Assembly: GCA_963823335.1 (NCBI GenBank)
Contig: CAWGLD010000004.1
Coordinates: 128,001 to 192,000 of the forward strand
Direction of reading: 5' to 3'
DNA from: an uncultured delta proteobacterium
GTDB taxonomy: Bacteria > Desulfobacterota > Desulfobacteria > Desulfobacterales > B30-G6
DNA length: 64,000 nt
Positions 40,176 to 49,188 of this stretch are shown in pieces. The notes beneath the pieces are model-generated. The model was not told the DNA's origin, made no database searches, and saw nothing but the letters and a program-made list of their open reading frames with translations. A program made the position numbers and the translations under genes. Numbering within the stretch: position 1 is the stretch's first letter; the number at the start of each line of letters is the position of its first letter.

Positions 40176-40214
40176 TGTTAGAATTTTGTTAGGACTCGGT
40201 TAATTTTTGATTAA
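40176..40214 (-). promoter_or_regulatory. Putative Pho boxes: four direct repeats with 11-bp period
   Basis: Minus strand TTAATC-aaaaa-TTAACC-gagtc-CTAACA-aaatt-CTAACA upstream of pstS. Confidence 0.7.
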
Positions 40215-40420
40215 TATTATCGTTTCACATACTTTTGATTAAGGAAATAAACATTGAATTCCCTTAAACCTACAAAAATGACCAAGTCACCACCGAACCA
40301 GCACCATCAGTGACACAAGATTTACTTTATGAAGTCATGGAATGCGAATTTTTTCAGACAAAGAACTTTAAAGAGGGGGCAGATTGTGAGGATATCACAA
40401 CATCCATCAAAGTGGTGAGC

Positions 40421-40456
40421 GGAGAATATTCCCAGTTAGGCCGATCTGCAGATATC
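40421..40456 (+). repeat. ICR-related variant segment G
   Basis: ggagaatattcccagttaggccgatctgcagatatc, nearly identical to 51219-51254; resembles the GGAGA..CCAGTTA part of ICR. Confidence 0.65.
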
Positions 40457-40556
40457 TATTAGGTGTTTTATCCATAGTTCCGCCGCAGACGTATAACCAA
40501 GTTAAAACCTTTGTTGGTATCTTATCAAGTGAAGAGTTGATTTCTATGTGTCCCCA

Positions 40557-41126
40557 TTATTCCACGTAACCGCTACCAATAGCAGAAAAGGGGAGATCCA
40601 GGTCCAGTTCCGGTACCTGTTTGGCGATCCAAGCGATAAAGGTATTGCTGTTGGGCCCTGGAAAGGCTTTGTAGGTTGTTTTCCATGGGTAAGCATAGGC
40701 TGCCTTTTCTATGGCAGAAATCAGTTCGTCGACCCCCTTTCCCCTATGCTCTTTTAGAACCCGGGGCTTCTCGCCGTACCAGTAGCGGTCGGGTACGTCC
40801 TGGGTAATCCTAATAACCGGCTGGCCACGATTGCCACGCCAACCAACCACATCGTACACAGTATAAGACGTTTCTCCGGTACGCTTGGCGGCGATCCAGG
40901 TATGAATTGCAAACCAGCCGCGCCAACCCCAAGCATCGGCACCATAGACATAAAGGATTGCCTCATTTGTGGTGGAAGGGTCAGGTGCAATCCCGGCAGA
41001 TTCGCGACTGGCGTTACGCCAATCTTTATCAGCACAACCATTCGACAAAATCAACATAATCAGAACAAATGCTGATATTAGTTTTACGTTTTCCACAATT
41101 TGATACTTCACGACATCATCGCACAA
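40557..41126 (-). CDS. DUF3750 domain lipoprotein
   Basis: W..ASR.SAG.AP.P, WRG.FA.HTWI, Y...PGPNSNTF; start uncertain. Confidence 0.85.
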   Translation of the reverse strand: MCDDVVKYQIVENVKLISAFVLIMLILSNGCADKDWRNASRESAGIAPDPSTTNEAILYVYGADAWGWRGWFAIHTWIAAKRTGETSYTVYDVVGWRGNRGQPVIRITQDVPDRYWYGEKPRVLKEHRGKGVDELISAIEKAAYAYPWKTTYKAFPGPNSNTFIAWIAKQVPELDLDLPFSAIGSGYVE

Positions 41127-41240
41127 ATTAAAAGGACATTTCAGAAAGCAATATATTGGGAACCATCAATACCACAACTTATTCGTCCAAACAATTTTCA
41201 GATATGATATCCATTTGCCCGGTATAACCTAACTTGAGGT

Positions 41241-41406
41241 ATATGGAGATAAGTCCAGTTATCAAGTTCAACGGCAATATTACCGATACCATATGGTAAT
41301 GCACACGGTAGCATGGCAGATACTATGACTGCAAGATTTGGTCGATTGTAATAATTTTCGCACACCGGTAATATTTTAGAGGGTTGATATCTACCTTTTT
41401 GTTGGT
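41241..41406 (+). repeat. ICR copy H
   Basis: atggagataagtccagttatcaagttcaacggcaatattaccgatacc...gatatctacctttttgttgg. Confidence 0.92.
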
Positions 41407-41536
41407 ATCAAAGGAATCTTTGGCAGTTGATTTTAAGTGATAATTCGACCTTATCTCAACGTTAGCGACTGCACTACAAAAATCTAACTATATTCAAGAT
41501 GTCCCTTAGAATCTGAATAACGCCCGGCAGATACGG

Positions 41537-42565
41537 TCAAGCGTCTTCTGGCGGTTCCGGAAAACGGTTCGTGGATTGGGTTTTGATCATCCAGCCGGGA
41601 TATTCTGCGGGCAGTTCGCTGACCTTTTGCAAGCGATCCAAGTCAGCGTCGGACAACGTCACATCCGATGCGGCGAGGTTGTCCGCCAACTGTTCCGTGG
41701 TTTTGGCACCGATGATCACGCTGGTGACCACCGGCTGGTGCAGCAGCCATGCCAAGGCGATCCGGGCCACGGACACATTCTTTTCGCGAGCGATTTCTCG
41801 CATCACATCGACGGTGTTAAAGGCGCGTTCCCTATTCACCGGTGGAAAATCGAAATCAACACGACGGGTACCTGCCGGGCCCTTTCCTTCGCGATCGAAT
41901 TTTCCGGACAGCAGGCCGCCGGCCAGGGGGCTCCAGACCATCAGGCCCAGGTTCTGATCCTGCAAGACCGGCACGATATCCCTCTCGAGATCCCGGCCGG
42001 CGATGGTGTAGTAGGCTTGCAAGCTCTCAAAGCGGTAAAGGTTGTATTTGTCGGAGAGCCACAGTGATTTCATCAATTGCCAGGCGGCCAGATTGGAACA
42101 GCCGATGTAGCGGACCTTTCCCGCATGCACCAGGTCGTCCAGGGCCCGAAGGGTCTGTTCCATGGGGGTGACGGCGTCGAACCCGTGAATCTGATACAGG
42201 TCGATGTAATCGGTCCCCAACCGGGTCAGGCTGTCTTCAACCGCCTGCATGATATGACTGCGTGACAGACCGGTTTGGTTGGGTCCGGGCCCCATGCGGC
42301 CGAATACTTTCGTTGCCAGCACCACATCTTTGCGGCGATTTCCCAGGGCTTTGCCCAGCATCTTCTCGGATTCTCCTTCGGAGTACACATCGGCCGTATC
42401 GATAAAGTTGACCCCCGCTTCGAGCACACTGCCGACAAGGTTGTCCGCTGCATCCTGGGTCAGTTGACCGATCGCACTCCAGAATCCTCTGCCGCCGAAT
42501 GTCATGGTTCCAAAACACAATTCCGAGACGAGCAATCCGGTTCTTCCAAGTTGTTTGTATTTCAT
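41537..42565 (-). CDS. Aldo/keto reductase
   Basis: LG.TGL.VS.LC.GTMTFG, DTADVY, L.RLGTDYIDLYQIH, WSPLAGG. Confidence 0.95.
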   Translation of the reverse strand: MKYKQLGRTGLLVSELCFGTMTFGGRGFWSAIGQLTQDAADNLVGSVLEAGVNFIDTADVYSEGESEKMLGKALGNRRKDVVLATKVFGRMGPGPNQTGLSRSHIMQAVEDSLTRLGTDYIDLYQIHGFDAVTPMEQTLRALDDLVHAGKVRYIGCSNLAAWQLMKSLWLSDKYNLYRFESLQAYYTIAGRDLERDIVPVLQDQNLGLMVWSPLAGGLLSGKFDREGKGPAGTRRVDFDFPPVNRERAFNTVDVMREIAREKNVSVARIALAWLLHQPVVTSVIIGAKTTEQLADNLAASDVTLSDADLDRLQKVSELPAEYPGWMIKTQSTNRFPEPPEDA

Positions 42566-42708
42566 CTTTAATGTCCTTCCATGTTCCTATGTGCTGCACA
42601 AAACAGGTGCATCCGTGATCCTAATTCGGCAATGACCTATAATAATCCCTATCTAAGCTTTTTAAATAGAACCTATCGCAAAAATGCATCATACAGGATC
42701 GTCGAACG

Positions 42709-42876
42709 TGATATATGGAATCGTGCGTTTTTGAATTTATCGAAATTTTACCGATACCATATGTTCATCACCACGGTACCATGTAAGGGCTTATGAATGC
42801 AAGATTTGGTCGATTGTGATTATTTTCGCACATCGGTAAATTTTTCAGGCACCTGATATCTACCGTCTTGTTGGAG
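42709..42876 (+). repeat. ICR copy I
   Basis: ttaccgataccatatg...ccacggtaccatg...tgtgattattttcgca...gatatctaccgtcttgttggag. Confidence 0.92.
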
Positions 42877-42877
42877 C

Positions 42878-42928
42878 GTTGTGGAGGCTCCGCGAGCTAC
42901 ACCCTACGGGCTCGCTCGCCTCCACAAC
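42878..42928. repeat. GC-rich hairpin abutting the ICR end
   Basis: gttgtggaggc...gcctccacaac arms with inner gcgagc/gctcgc. Confidence 0.65.
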
Positions 42929-43006
42929 ACCTACCTATAGGAAAGGTACCAGCTATCACAGGTAGGGGAAAAGCTGCTTATAGATAGGCGCTTTGGTTCT
43001 GGTTAT

Positions 43007-46000
43007 TTACTTTGTCATCCTCTCGTGCAACCGTTCCGCCTGTAGGCAGAAGGCCTCCAGCTTTGCGTGGATGAGCTGCGGAAAAGGTGACCCGTCACTT
43101 TCAAGTGCCAGAAAGGGCAATGCTTCAATGGTTTCGAGTGTTTTTTGCAAATGGGTATCTGAGGGGGTCAACTGAAGTTTGTCCTCTCGTTGCATAGCTT
43201 TGCTTAGTATTGCCTCCGACAGTCGATTGGGCATGCATCCAAAGGGTCCTATGGCGATGACGCCACAGACATGGGATGCGATTTCGAGTAGGGAACTCCC
43301 AATGGTCAATATGGCCTCGCCTGTCAAGTCGGGTGATATATAAGGGGTGGCATGCCGGATAATATCCTTCATGACCAAAGGCGTGCTTGCCAGGAGTCCG
43401 GATCCTGCGAGAATGGACCGGATGCTATGCTCGTCATGTGCCATGATTTTTTTTCGAAGCTTGAAGCGTAATTTCTCCATCATCGACATGCCACCTCCGA
43501 CAATCCCTTTTTGGATAAGGAAATCGGTGTAGTGAATCCATTCCGCCACGGGTGAACAGATGGTTGCCATCCCCATTTCAGCCAGCTGTTCCGGGATGTT
43601 TTGACGAGAAAGTGTATCCTTTCTCACAAATATTTCACCGGTCAGTAAGACTTTTGATACGCATGCCACAGGCCGTTTTAACGGAATGCCGGCGAGATCG
43701 CCCGCTCCTGCGCTTAAACGTATGAGGAGCTGATTAAAATCGACTGTCTTGAGGCTGTCCAGGAGGCCTTCCCAGATCGTTTGAAACAGGTGTAGCGCTT
43801 CAGACACATGCACGGCATTTGCCAAAAGCATGGACCGGATGTCTTCCATCATGTCAGATACAACGACTGCCCACCAGGCTGCCCGGTCGAAAGTTTTGTG
43901 CAACCCGAGATAGGCATTTTCGGATGAAAGGGAGAGCATGGCTACATCGGGTATGCCAAGCCTCTTTATCAGATCCTCCATGAAGATATAATACTGACCG
44001 AACCGGCAGGGGCCGGTACCGGTAGCCATGAAATAGACCAAAATTTCACCCGGCTTTTGGCGGGTATGGATATAGTTCAGCAGGGACCCCGTGGTCAGGA
44101 TCAATGGAAGGCATTCCTTGCAAGAGGTATGGCCTCTCCCCAGCTTTAAAATCGATTCATCCGCCGGAGGATGAGCAATGGCATTGATGCCAAGGCCATT
44201 AAAGACGGCGGTTATGGCCTCTGAAGCCAGTTTACCCATGGACGGCAGCAGGACCGTGACACGGGGATCTGTGAGTATAACCTTTTCACCGGCGGCAGTC
44301 ACGACGGTTACCCTGCCGTTGACAAGGGATGTTCCGGTCATCTTGAAAGGGTGTTCCGCCATGTCGATTTTCTGACGCTTGACGAGCTGCCTGAAGGCTG
44401 AGACAATATCGGTAAAGGCTTCGATTCTGGTGTCGATCCCGGCATCCGCCGTATGGCTGTCCAGTTCCAGGGTCAGGGATGGTTTTTTCCCCATTATTGA
44501 TCTGAAATAACCCACCAGAAACGAGTCGGGTCCGCATGAAAAATTGGTGATAAACACACCGAAAAGCTGGGGGTGCTGCTTGACGAACCGCGCAGCTTTC
44601 AGGATCATCTGACCCATTCCCCAATACATGTGGCGTTTAGGCTTCTCGTTATCGAAGGGGATAAAATCGAAGGGTATGACAAGGATTCCTCGGGATGCCA
44701 GTTTGCGTGGGATCCCCATATTGGCTTCTTCCACCAATCCATTGTAGGACCGCGAAAAAATGACGACACCGATTTTTTCAGAATCCGATTCGAGCTCGGC
44801 CAAGGCTTGTTGCCCGAGCATTTTCATTTCAGTCATGCATCGCATTTGTTGAGTATATGCCTCATCAAACGCTCTCTTGGCGGCCTTTCCGGAAAATCCC
44901 ATTTTCAACGCTGTCGTGACCATGGGGGTCCTGGCATCTTCCAGACCGTTTTTCAGATCCAGGAGCGGTTGGAGAATCCGGGTGCCTCTTTTCTGTAAAC
45001 CCCGAAGCTGTTCTCTGAAAGTCGTTTGCAGAAAAAATGTTTCACCTTGCACAAATGGACAGACTTGTGAAGACCGGTCGCCATTTTGTGCAGGAATGGA
45101 TTTGAAATGGGGTAAAAAAAGATGTTCGGGTGGCGGGTCGGCTGTAATCAGGGAGTGAAAAAAACCATGCGAAAGCTCGGCCGGATAACAGAACGGCGCA
45201 TTGCGCTGGTCGATCCCGCTATACGAGATGCCTTCCGGCAGAACCGGCCGGTAACCGAGTAAAGAAAAAAAGGTCGAATACAGCGGATAATAGGTGTTGA
45301 CCATGAAACTCCTGTTGATGCCGATGGATCCTTTTTCCGCCTGCCTGTAACGTTGCGGACCGTTGACCCCATATTTTTCAAAAACAAGCCGCTGGCGGAT
45401 TCTCACCAGATCGAGCGTGTCAACAGGATGTTTTACCTTGTGCCGGAGGTTGTCATATCGATTGCACGCACCGCCGAACGGGTAGCGCCTTCCTTCGATT
45501 TCGATCAATTCAATGGGGCATTGCCGATCACATTTTTCCTTACCTCCTTTGCAGATGAAGGGTTTCCCATAAGCAACACGTCGATGGGCAAGGGTTTTCA
45601 GCGAGAAGGCTTTCACCGCTGTCATTCCGGCTTCGATACGCTTTTTGACCACCAGCGCCACACCAAAAGCACCCATGAGTCCTGGCTCCGGGGGAACGAT
45701 AATAGGCTTTCCGGTAATCGACGCCATGGCCATGGGGACTGCCCTGTTGTAACACACGCCCCCCTGTAGAAAGATTTTATTGCCGATGGGTCTGTTTCCT
45801 TTGACACGATTGGCATAATTCATACAGATGGCGTAGACTAGCCCGGCCACGATGTCCTCGTGTCGAATGTCTTCATGGATGGCATTTTTGATGTCCGATG
45901 ATATGAATGCAGCACATTGATCATTGAAATTCGGCGGCTTTTCTCCTTTTAATGCTACGGAAGCGATATCTTCCATGCCGAGACCGAGAGATTCCATGGC

Positions 46001-47338
46001 GGATTCTTCCAGAAAGGAGCCGGTTCCGGCAGAACAGGCTTCGTTCATGGCATAATCAGAGGGAACACCATTGTTAATATAGGTATATTTGGCATCCTGG
46101 CCTCCGATTTCAAATATCGTATCGACCTGGGGATCAAAGTATACCGCAGCCGTTGCGTGAGCGATAATTTCATTGATGACACAGTCGGTTAACGCATGGA
46201 GCCCGGCTATTTGTCGACCTGAACCGCATACACCAAGCCCGATGATCGATAGGTCGGAAGGTTCCACCCGGTGTTGAACCTGTTCCAGAATCCGGGCATA
46301 ACATTTACGGCTGGCCCCTACCGGGTCTCCATTTGTTCGCAGGTATACAGATGCCAGCAGGGCCTGATCCGACTTTCTTAACAATACTGCCTTGGTTGTT
46401 GTGGAGCCTACGTCGAGTCCGAGGATACAGGTATCGCCGGGTACGATCATACCCATGGCCATTGATTTAAACGTTACCCGATCTTTGAAAGGAATCAGCG
46501 GTGGTAGTGACTGGAATGAAGCCATTCCTGTCTTAAAGATGTCGTTAGCGTCCGTTATCGGGATCGTTTCGTTTTTGAGTGCCCACAAGGCGGCTCCCAT
46601 GGCTTCAAAATAGGGACCGGTTTCAGGTACGATGAGACCGGGAATTTTCTGCCGTAGGTACGCCACCATCATATGGTTTTTAACCGAACCTCCGGTGATC
46701 ATAATGTCGCGTTTTTCAACTTTTTTAAGAAGCTCTATAATTTTGCCCGCCATCATTTTACAGAGACCGGCTGTGACCTTTGATTTGGGGGTGCCCCTGT
46801 TGGTGGCATGTGTGCAATCGGATTTACAGAAAACAGAACAACGACCCGAGACGTGGTGAGGGGTCGCTTCAACCGCCCATTGAGCTGCCTCATCCAGGCT
46901 GACGTTCATTCTTTTGATTTGCTGCAGAAAGAATTCACCTGTTCCGGAGGCGCATTTGTTGCCAGTCAGTACATTAGATATTCGGCCTGAACTGTCCAAG
47001 ACGTAGACCATAAAGGTTTCACCACCGGCCGATACAATCGCAGGGCACGAAATACCCTTTGGTTTGATGTAGCCATAGGCGTGCTCTACGGACTCAGGCT
47101 CGGAAATGGATGAAAGGTGGATAAACTTACGGAATTTTCTGCCTGTAGCGGCAATCCTATCGAAAGAAGTCAGATCCAGCGCGCCAAGTGCCGATCTAAG
47201 TGTTTTTTTTGGATTGCCGTCATGGGGGTGGCGTGAGAAATTGACGATATTTGGCCGGTCAATACCAGCCGTGGTATTCTGTTCCAACTGGACCATGGAA
47301 ACGGTTGATGCACCAAGACATATGCCGAGAGTTTTCAT
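43007..47338 (-). CDS. Acyl-CoA dehydratase activase fusion (two BcrAD/BadFG ASKHA domains + DUF2229-like)
   Basis: KCASGTG, GLDVGSTTTK, EIGGQDAKY, MNEACSAGTG, NFSCGPDSF, PFGCMPN. Confidence 0.9.
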   Translation of the reverse strand: MKTLGICLGASTVSMVQLEQNTTAGIDRPNIVNFSRHPHDGNPKKTLRSALGALDLTSFDRIAATGRKFRKFIHLSSISEPESVEHAYGYIKPKGISCPAIVSAGGETFMVYVLDSSGRISNVLTGNKCASGTGEFFLQQIKRMNVSLDEAAQWAVEATPHHVSGRCSVFCKSDCTHATNRGTPKSKVTAGLCKMMAGKIIELLKKVEKRDIMITGGSVKNHMMVAYLRQKIPGLIVPETGPYFEAMGAALWALKNETIPITDANDIFKTGMASFQSLPPLIPFKDRVTFKSMAMGMIVPGDTCILGLDVGSTTTKAVLLRKSDQALLASVYLRTNGDPVGASRKCYARILEQVQHRVEPSDLSIIGLGVCGSGRQIAGLHALTDCVINEIIAHATAAVYFDPQVDTIFEIGGQDAKYTYINNGVPSDYAMNEACSAGTGSFLEESAMESLGLGMEDIASVALKGEKPPNFNDQCAAFISSDIKNAIHEDIRHEDIVAGLVYAICMNYANRVKGNRPIGNKIFLQGGVCYNRAVPMAMASITGKPIIVPPEPGLMGAFGVALVVKKRIEAGMTAVKAFSLKTLAHRRVAYGKPFICKGGKEKCDRQCPIELIEIEGRRYPFGGACNRYDNLRHKVKHPVDTLDLVRIRQRLVFEKYGVNGPQRYRQAEKGSIGINRSFMVNTYYPLYSTFFSLLGYRPVLPEGISYSGIDQRNAPFCYPAELSHGFFHSLITADPPPEHLFLPHFKSIPAQNGDRSSQVCPFVQGETFFLQTTFREQLRGLQKRGTRILQPLLDLKNGLEDARTPMVTTALKMGFSGKAAKRAFDEAYTQQMRCMTEMKMLGQQALAELESDSEKIGVVIFSRSYNGLVEEANMGIPRKLASRGILVIPFDFIPFDNEKPKRHMYWGMGQMILKAARFVKQHPQLFGVFITNFSCGPDSFLVGYFRSIMGKKPSLTLELDSHTADAGIDTRIEAFTDIVSAFRQLVKRQKIDMAEHPFKMTGTSLVNGRVTVVTAAGEKVILTDPRVTVLLPSMGKLASEAITAVFNGLGINAIAHPPADESILKLGRGHTSCKECLPLILTTGSLLNYIHTRQKPGEILVYFMATGTGPCRFGQYYIFMEDLIKRLGIPDVAMLSLSSENAYLGLHKTFDRAAWWAVVVSDMMEDIRSMLLANAVHVSEALHLFQTIWEGLLDSLKTVDFNQLLIRLSAGAGDLAGIPLKRPVACVSKVLLTGEIFVRKDTLSRQNIPEQLAEMGMATICSPVAEWIHYTDFLIQKGIVGGGMSMMEKLRFKLRKKIMAHDEHSIRSILAGSGLLASTPLVMKDIIRHATPYISPDLTGEAILTIGSSLLEIASHVCGVIAIGPFGCMPNRLSEAILSKAMQREDKLQLTPSDTHLQKTLETIEALPFLALESDGSPFPQLIHAKLEAFCLQAERLHERMTK

Positions 47339-47507
47339 GGCCCCTCATTCTTGTGTTATTTTGGGGGTAGATGGAGTTTTCGATAATTATTTTCTAAAAA
47401 TCTATCATTCCATAAAGCTGCAAAGGTTGTGATGTTTTGAAATTCTGGGATTATAAGTACATAAAGATACTGACACCATACCTCAGTTTTTGTCGTTTTT
47501 TTACGGC

Positions 47508-47680
47508 ATATGGAGAAAATCTTTATAATTTGGGAATTTGGAAATATTACCGATACCATCTGGTCATGCCCACGGTACCATGGGAGCCCCTATCAATGCA
47601 AGATTTGGTCGATTGTGATTATTTTCGCACATCGGTAAATTTTCAGGGGTATGATATCTACCGTTTTGTTGGAGATAGTG
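47508..47680 (+). repeat. ICR copy J
   Basis: gaaatattaccgataccatctggtcatgcccacggtaccatggg...gatatctaccgttttgttggagatag. Confidence 0.93.
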
Positions 47681-47693
47681 CAAGTTTCATTTA

Positions 47694-48380
47694 CTAACAA
47701 TTAAAAGGGTAAAGGTAACGTTCACTAGGGCTCCATAAAAACGTCACTTCTGCAGGTTGAAATTCGACTCCATTAACACACATTGGAGGAAGCATAATGC
47801 TAAATTCTTGAGGATTACCAAACATCCCATCTGTCTCTATGTCTATATACATATGTGTGCCATATTCCCCTTTTCCTTGAAGTGTCCACCCAAATGGCGC
47901 CAATTTCAAATTATTCTCATCACGAGAAGACCTAACATATACAAGCCAGTTAGGGCATATATTTCGGTATCGAGTTTCTCTAATTTCCACTTTTTTTATT
48001 CTAAACTCGTATTCGTTTTCTGCCTGCGGATTTTTTAATACAATGATATTTGATTTAAAATCCAAAACACTTCCTGTCGGCACATATATTCCTATCTCTC
48101 CAAAAACACCCTTGCCCGTTGCACCGCTTATCAGTCCTTCGATTCCCTTTTCCCCATTCCATGCGGCCAAGAATAACTGAACTCCTTTAGGCCCCTCAAT
48201 TACAAGGACTTCCTCAGGGCCAGTACCACCACAGCAATCTCTCCTCGCAACATGGTGTTCAACTCCGTTGTAAATAGGGTGAAAGTATGGACCCATCTCA
48301 ATATAAGCACACGCTGACAACCATACGGGTGCCAGTGGTAAAAGAAGTAAAATCGAGATGAATTTTAACATAACCACCAC
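47694..48380 (-). CDS. Hypothetical lipoprotein
   Basis: Signal with LSAC lipobox; the sole gene between ICR copies J and K. Confidence 0.65.
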   Translation of the reverse strand: MVVMLKFISILLLLPLAPVWLSACAYIEMGPYFHPIYNGVEHHVARRDCCGGTGPEEVLVIEGPKGVQLFLAAWNGEKGIEGLISGATGKGVFGEIGIYVPTGSVLDFKSNIIVLKNPQAENEYEFRIKKVEIRETRYRNICPNWLVYVRSSRDENNLKLAPFGWTLQGKGEYGTHMYIDIETDGMFGNPQEFSIMLPPMCVNGVEFQPAEVTFLWSPSERYLYPFNC

Positions 48381-48413
48381 ATCTTGGGCCTATCTTTGTT
48401 ATTGTCAAACCGT

Positions 48414-48472
48414 TGATACATGGAGAGATGTCCAGTTATCATACTCAACAAAATTATTACCGATACCATCTG
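48414..48472 (+). repeat. ICR copy K, left piece
   Basis: atggagagatgtccagttatcatactcaacaaaattattaccgataccatctg. Confidence 0.88.
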
Positions 48473-48637
48473 AATATATGCAGTCTATCGTAATTTTGAA
48501 ACACGTGTCAAATGGTAGCGGCTAATAACGCTGCTTTGTTCCAATAAACAAAATGCTTTTAGCAGGCGCCAGTAGACAGCTTGTCTGTGATACTTTGTTG
48601 GTCTCCAATCGCATATTAAGAAAATGGATTGACTGTC

Positions 48638-48975
48638 TCGGTAACCTATCAGGCATTTTTGGATGAAGCGAGTAAAACCGTTTCATTTCAAAGAACGATC
48701 AATATCTTGATTATGGACAATGCCTCATGGCATCGAAAAATATCGACCAAATGGCATGGATGACAACCAAAATATTTGCCACCATATTCGCCAGATTTAA
48801 ATCCTATCGAAAGAATCTGGCTTACAATGAAAGCACGCTGGTTCAATAATCATGTTTGTAAAAACGAAGAACAACTATTAGAGCGCTTGGGTCAGGCCAT
48901 ATTAGATGTCATATATACTCCCTTGCGGACTCAAAAAACCGCCGCTATCGGAACGTTATTATGACAAACGCTCTA
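48638..48975 (+). mobile_element. IS630-family transposase 3' remnant with terminal repeat
   Basis: IMDNASWH...G*QPKYLPPYSPDLNPIERIW (DDE_3 motifs, in-frame TGA); ends tgacaaacgctcTA. Confidence 0.88.
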
Positions 48976-48978
48976 ATT

Positions 48979-49040
48979 TATGATTATCTTCGCACATCGG
49001 CAGTTTTTCAGGCGCCTGATATCTACCGTTTTGTTTGAGA
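48979..49040 (+). repeat. ICR copy K, right piece
   Basis: tgattatcttcgcacatcgg...gatatctaccgttttgtttgaga. Confidence 0.85.
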
Positions 49041-49188
49041 AATTACCGGTTTTGAGAGGAATCTTTTTCGAGTGACCACGATGATGTGTCGTAGGTTCAA
49101 GGCAACACGCATGAATGATACTACCATAATGGCCATGTGATAGAAATTGTAAATGGGATCATTCGGGTCATATGGCCCGGCTGATCCT

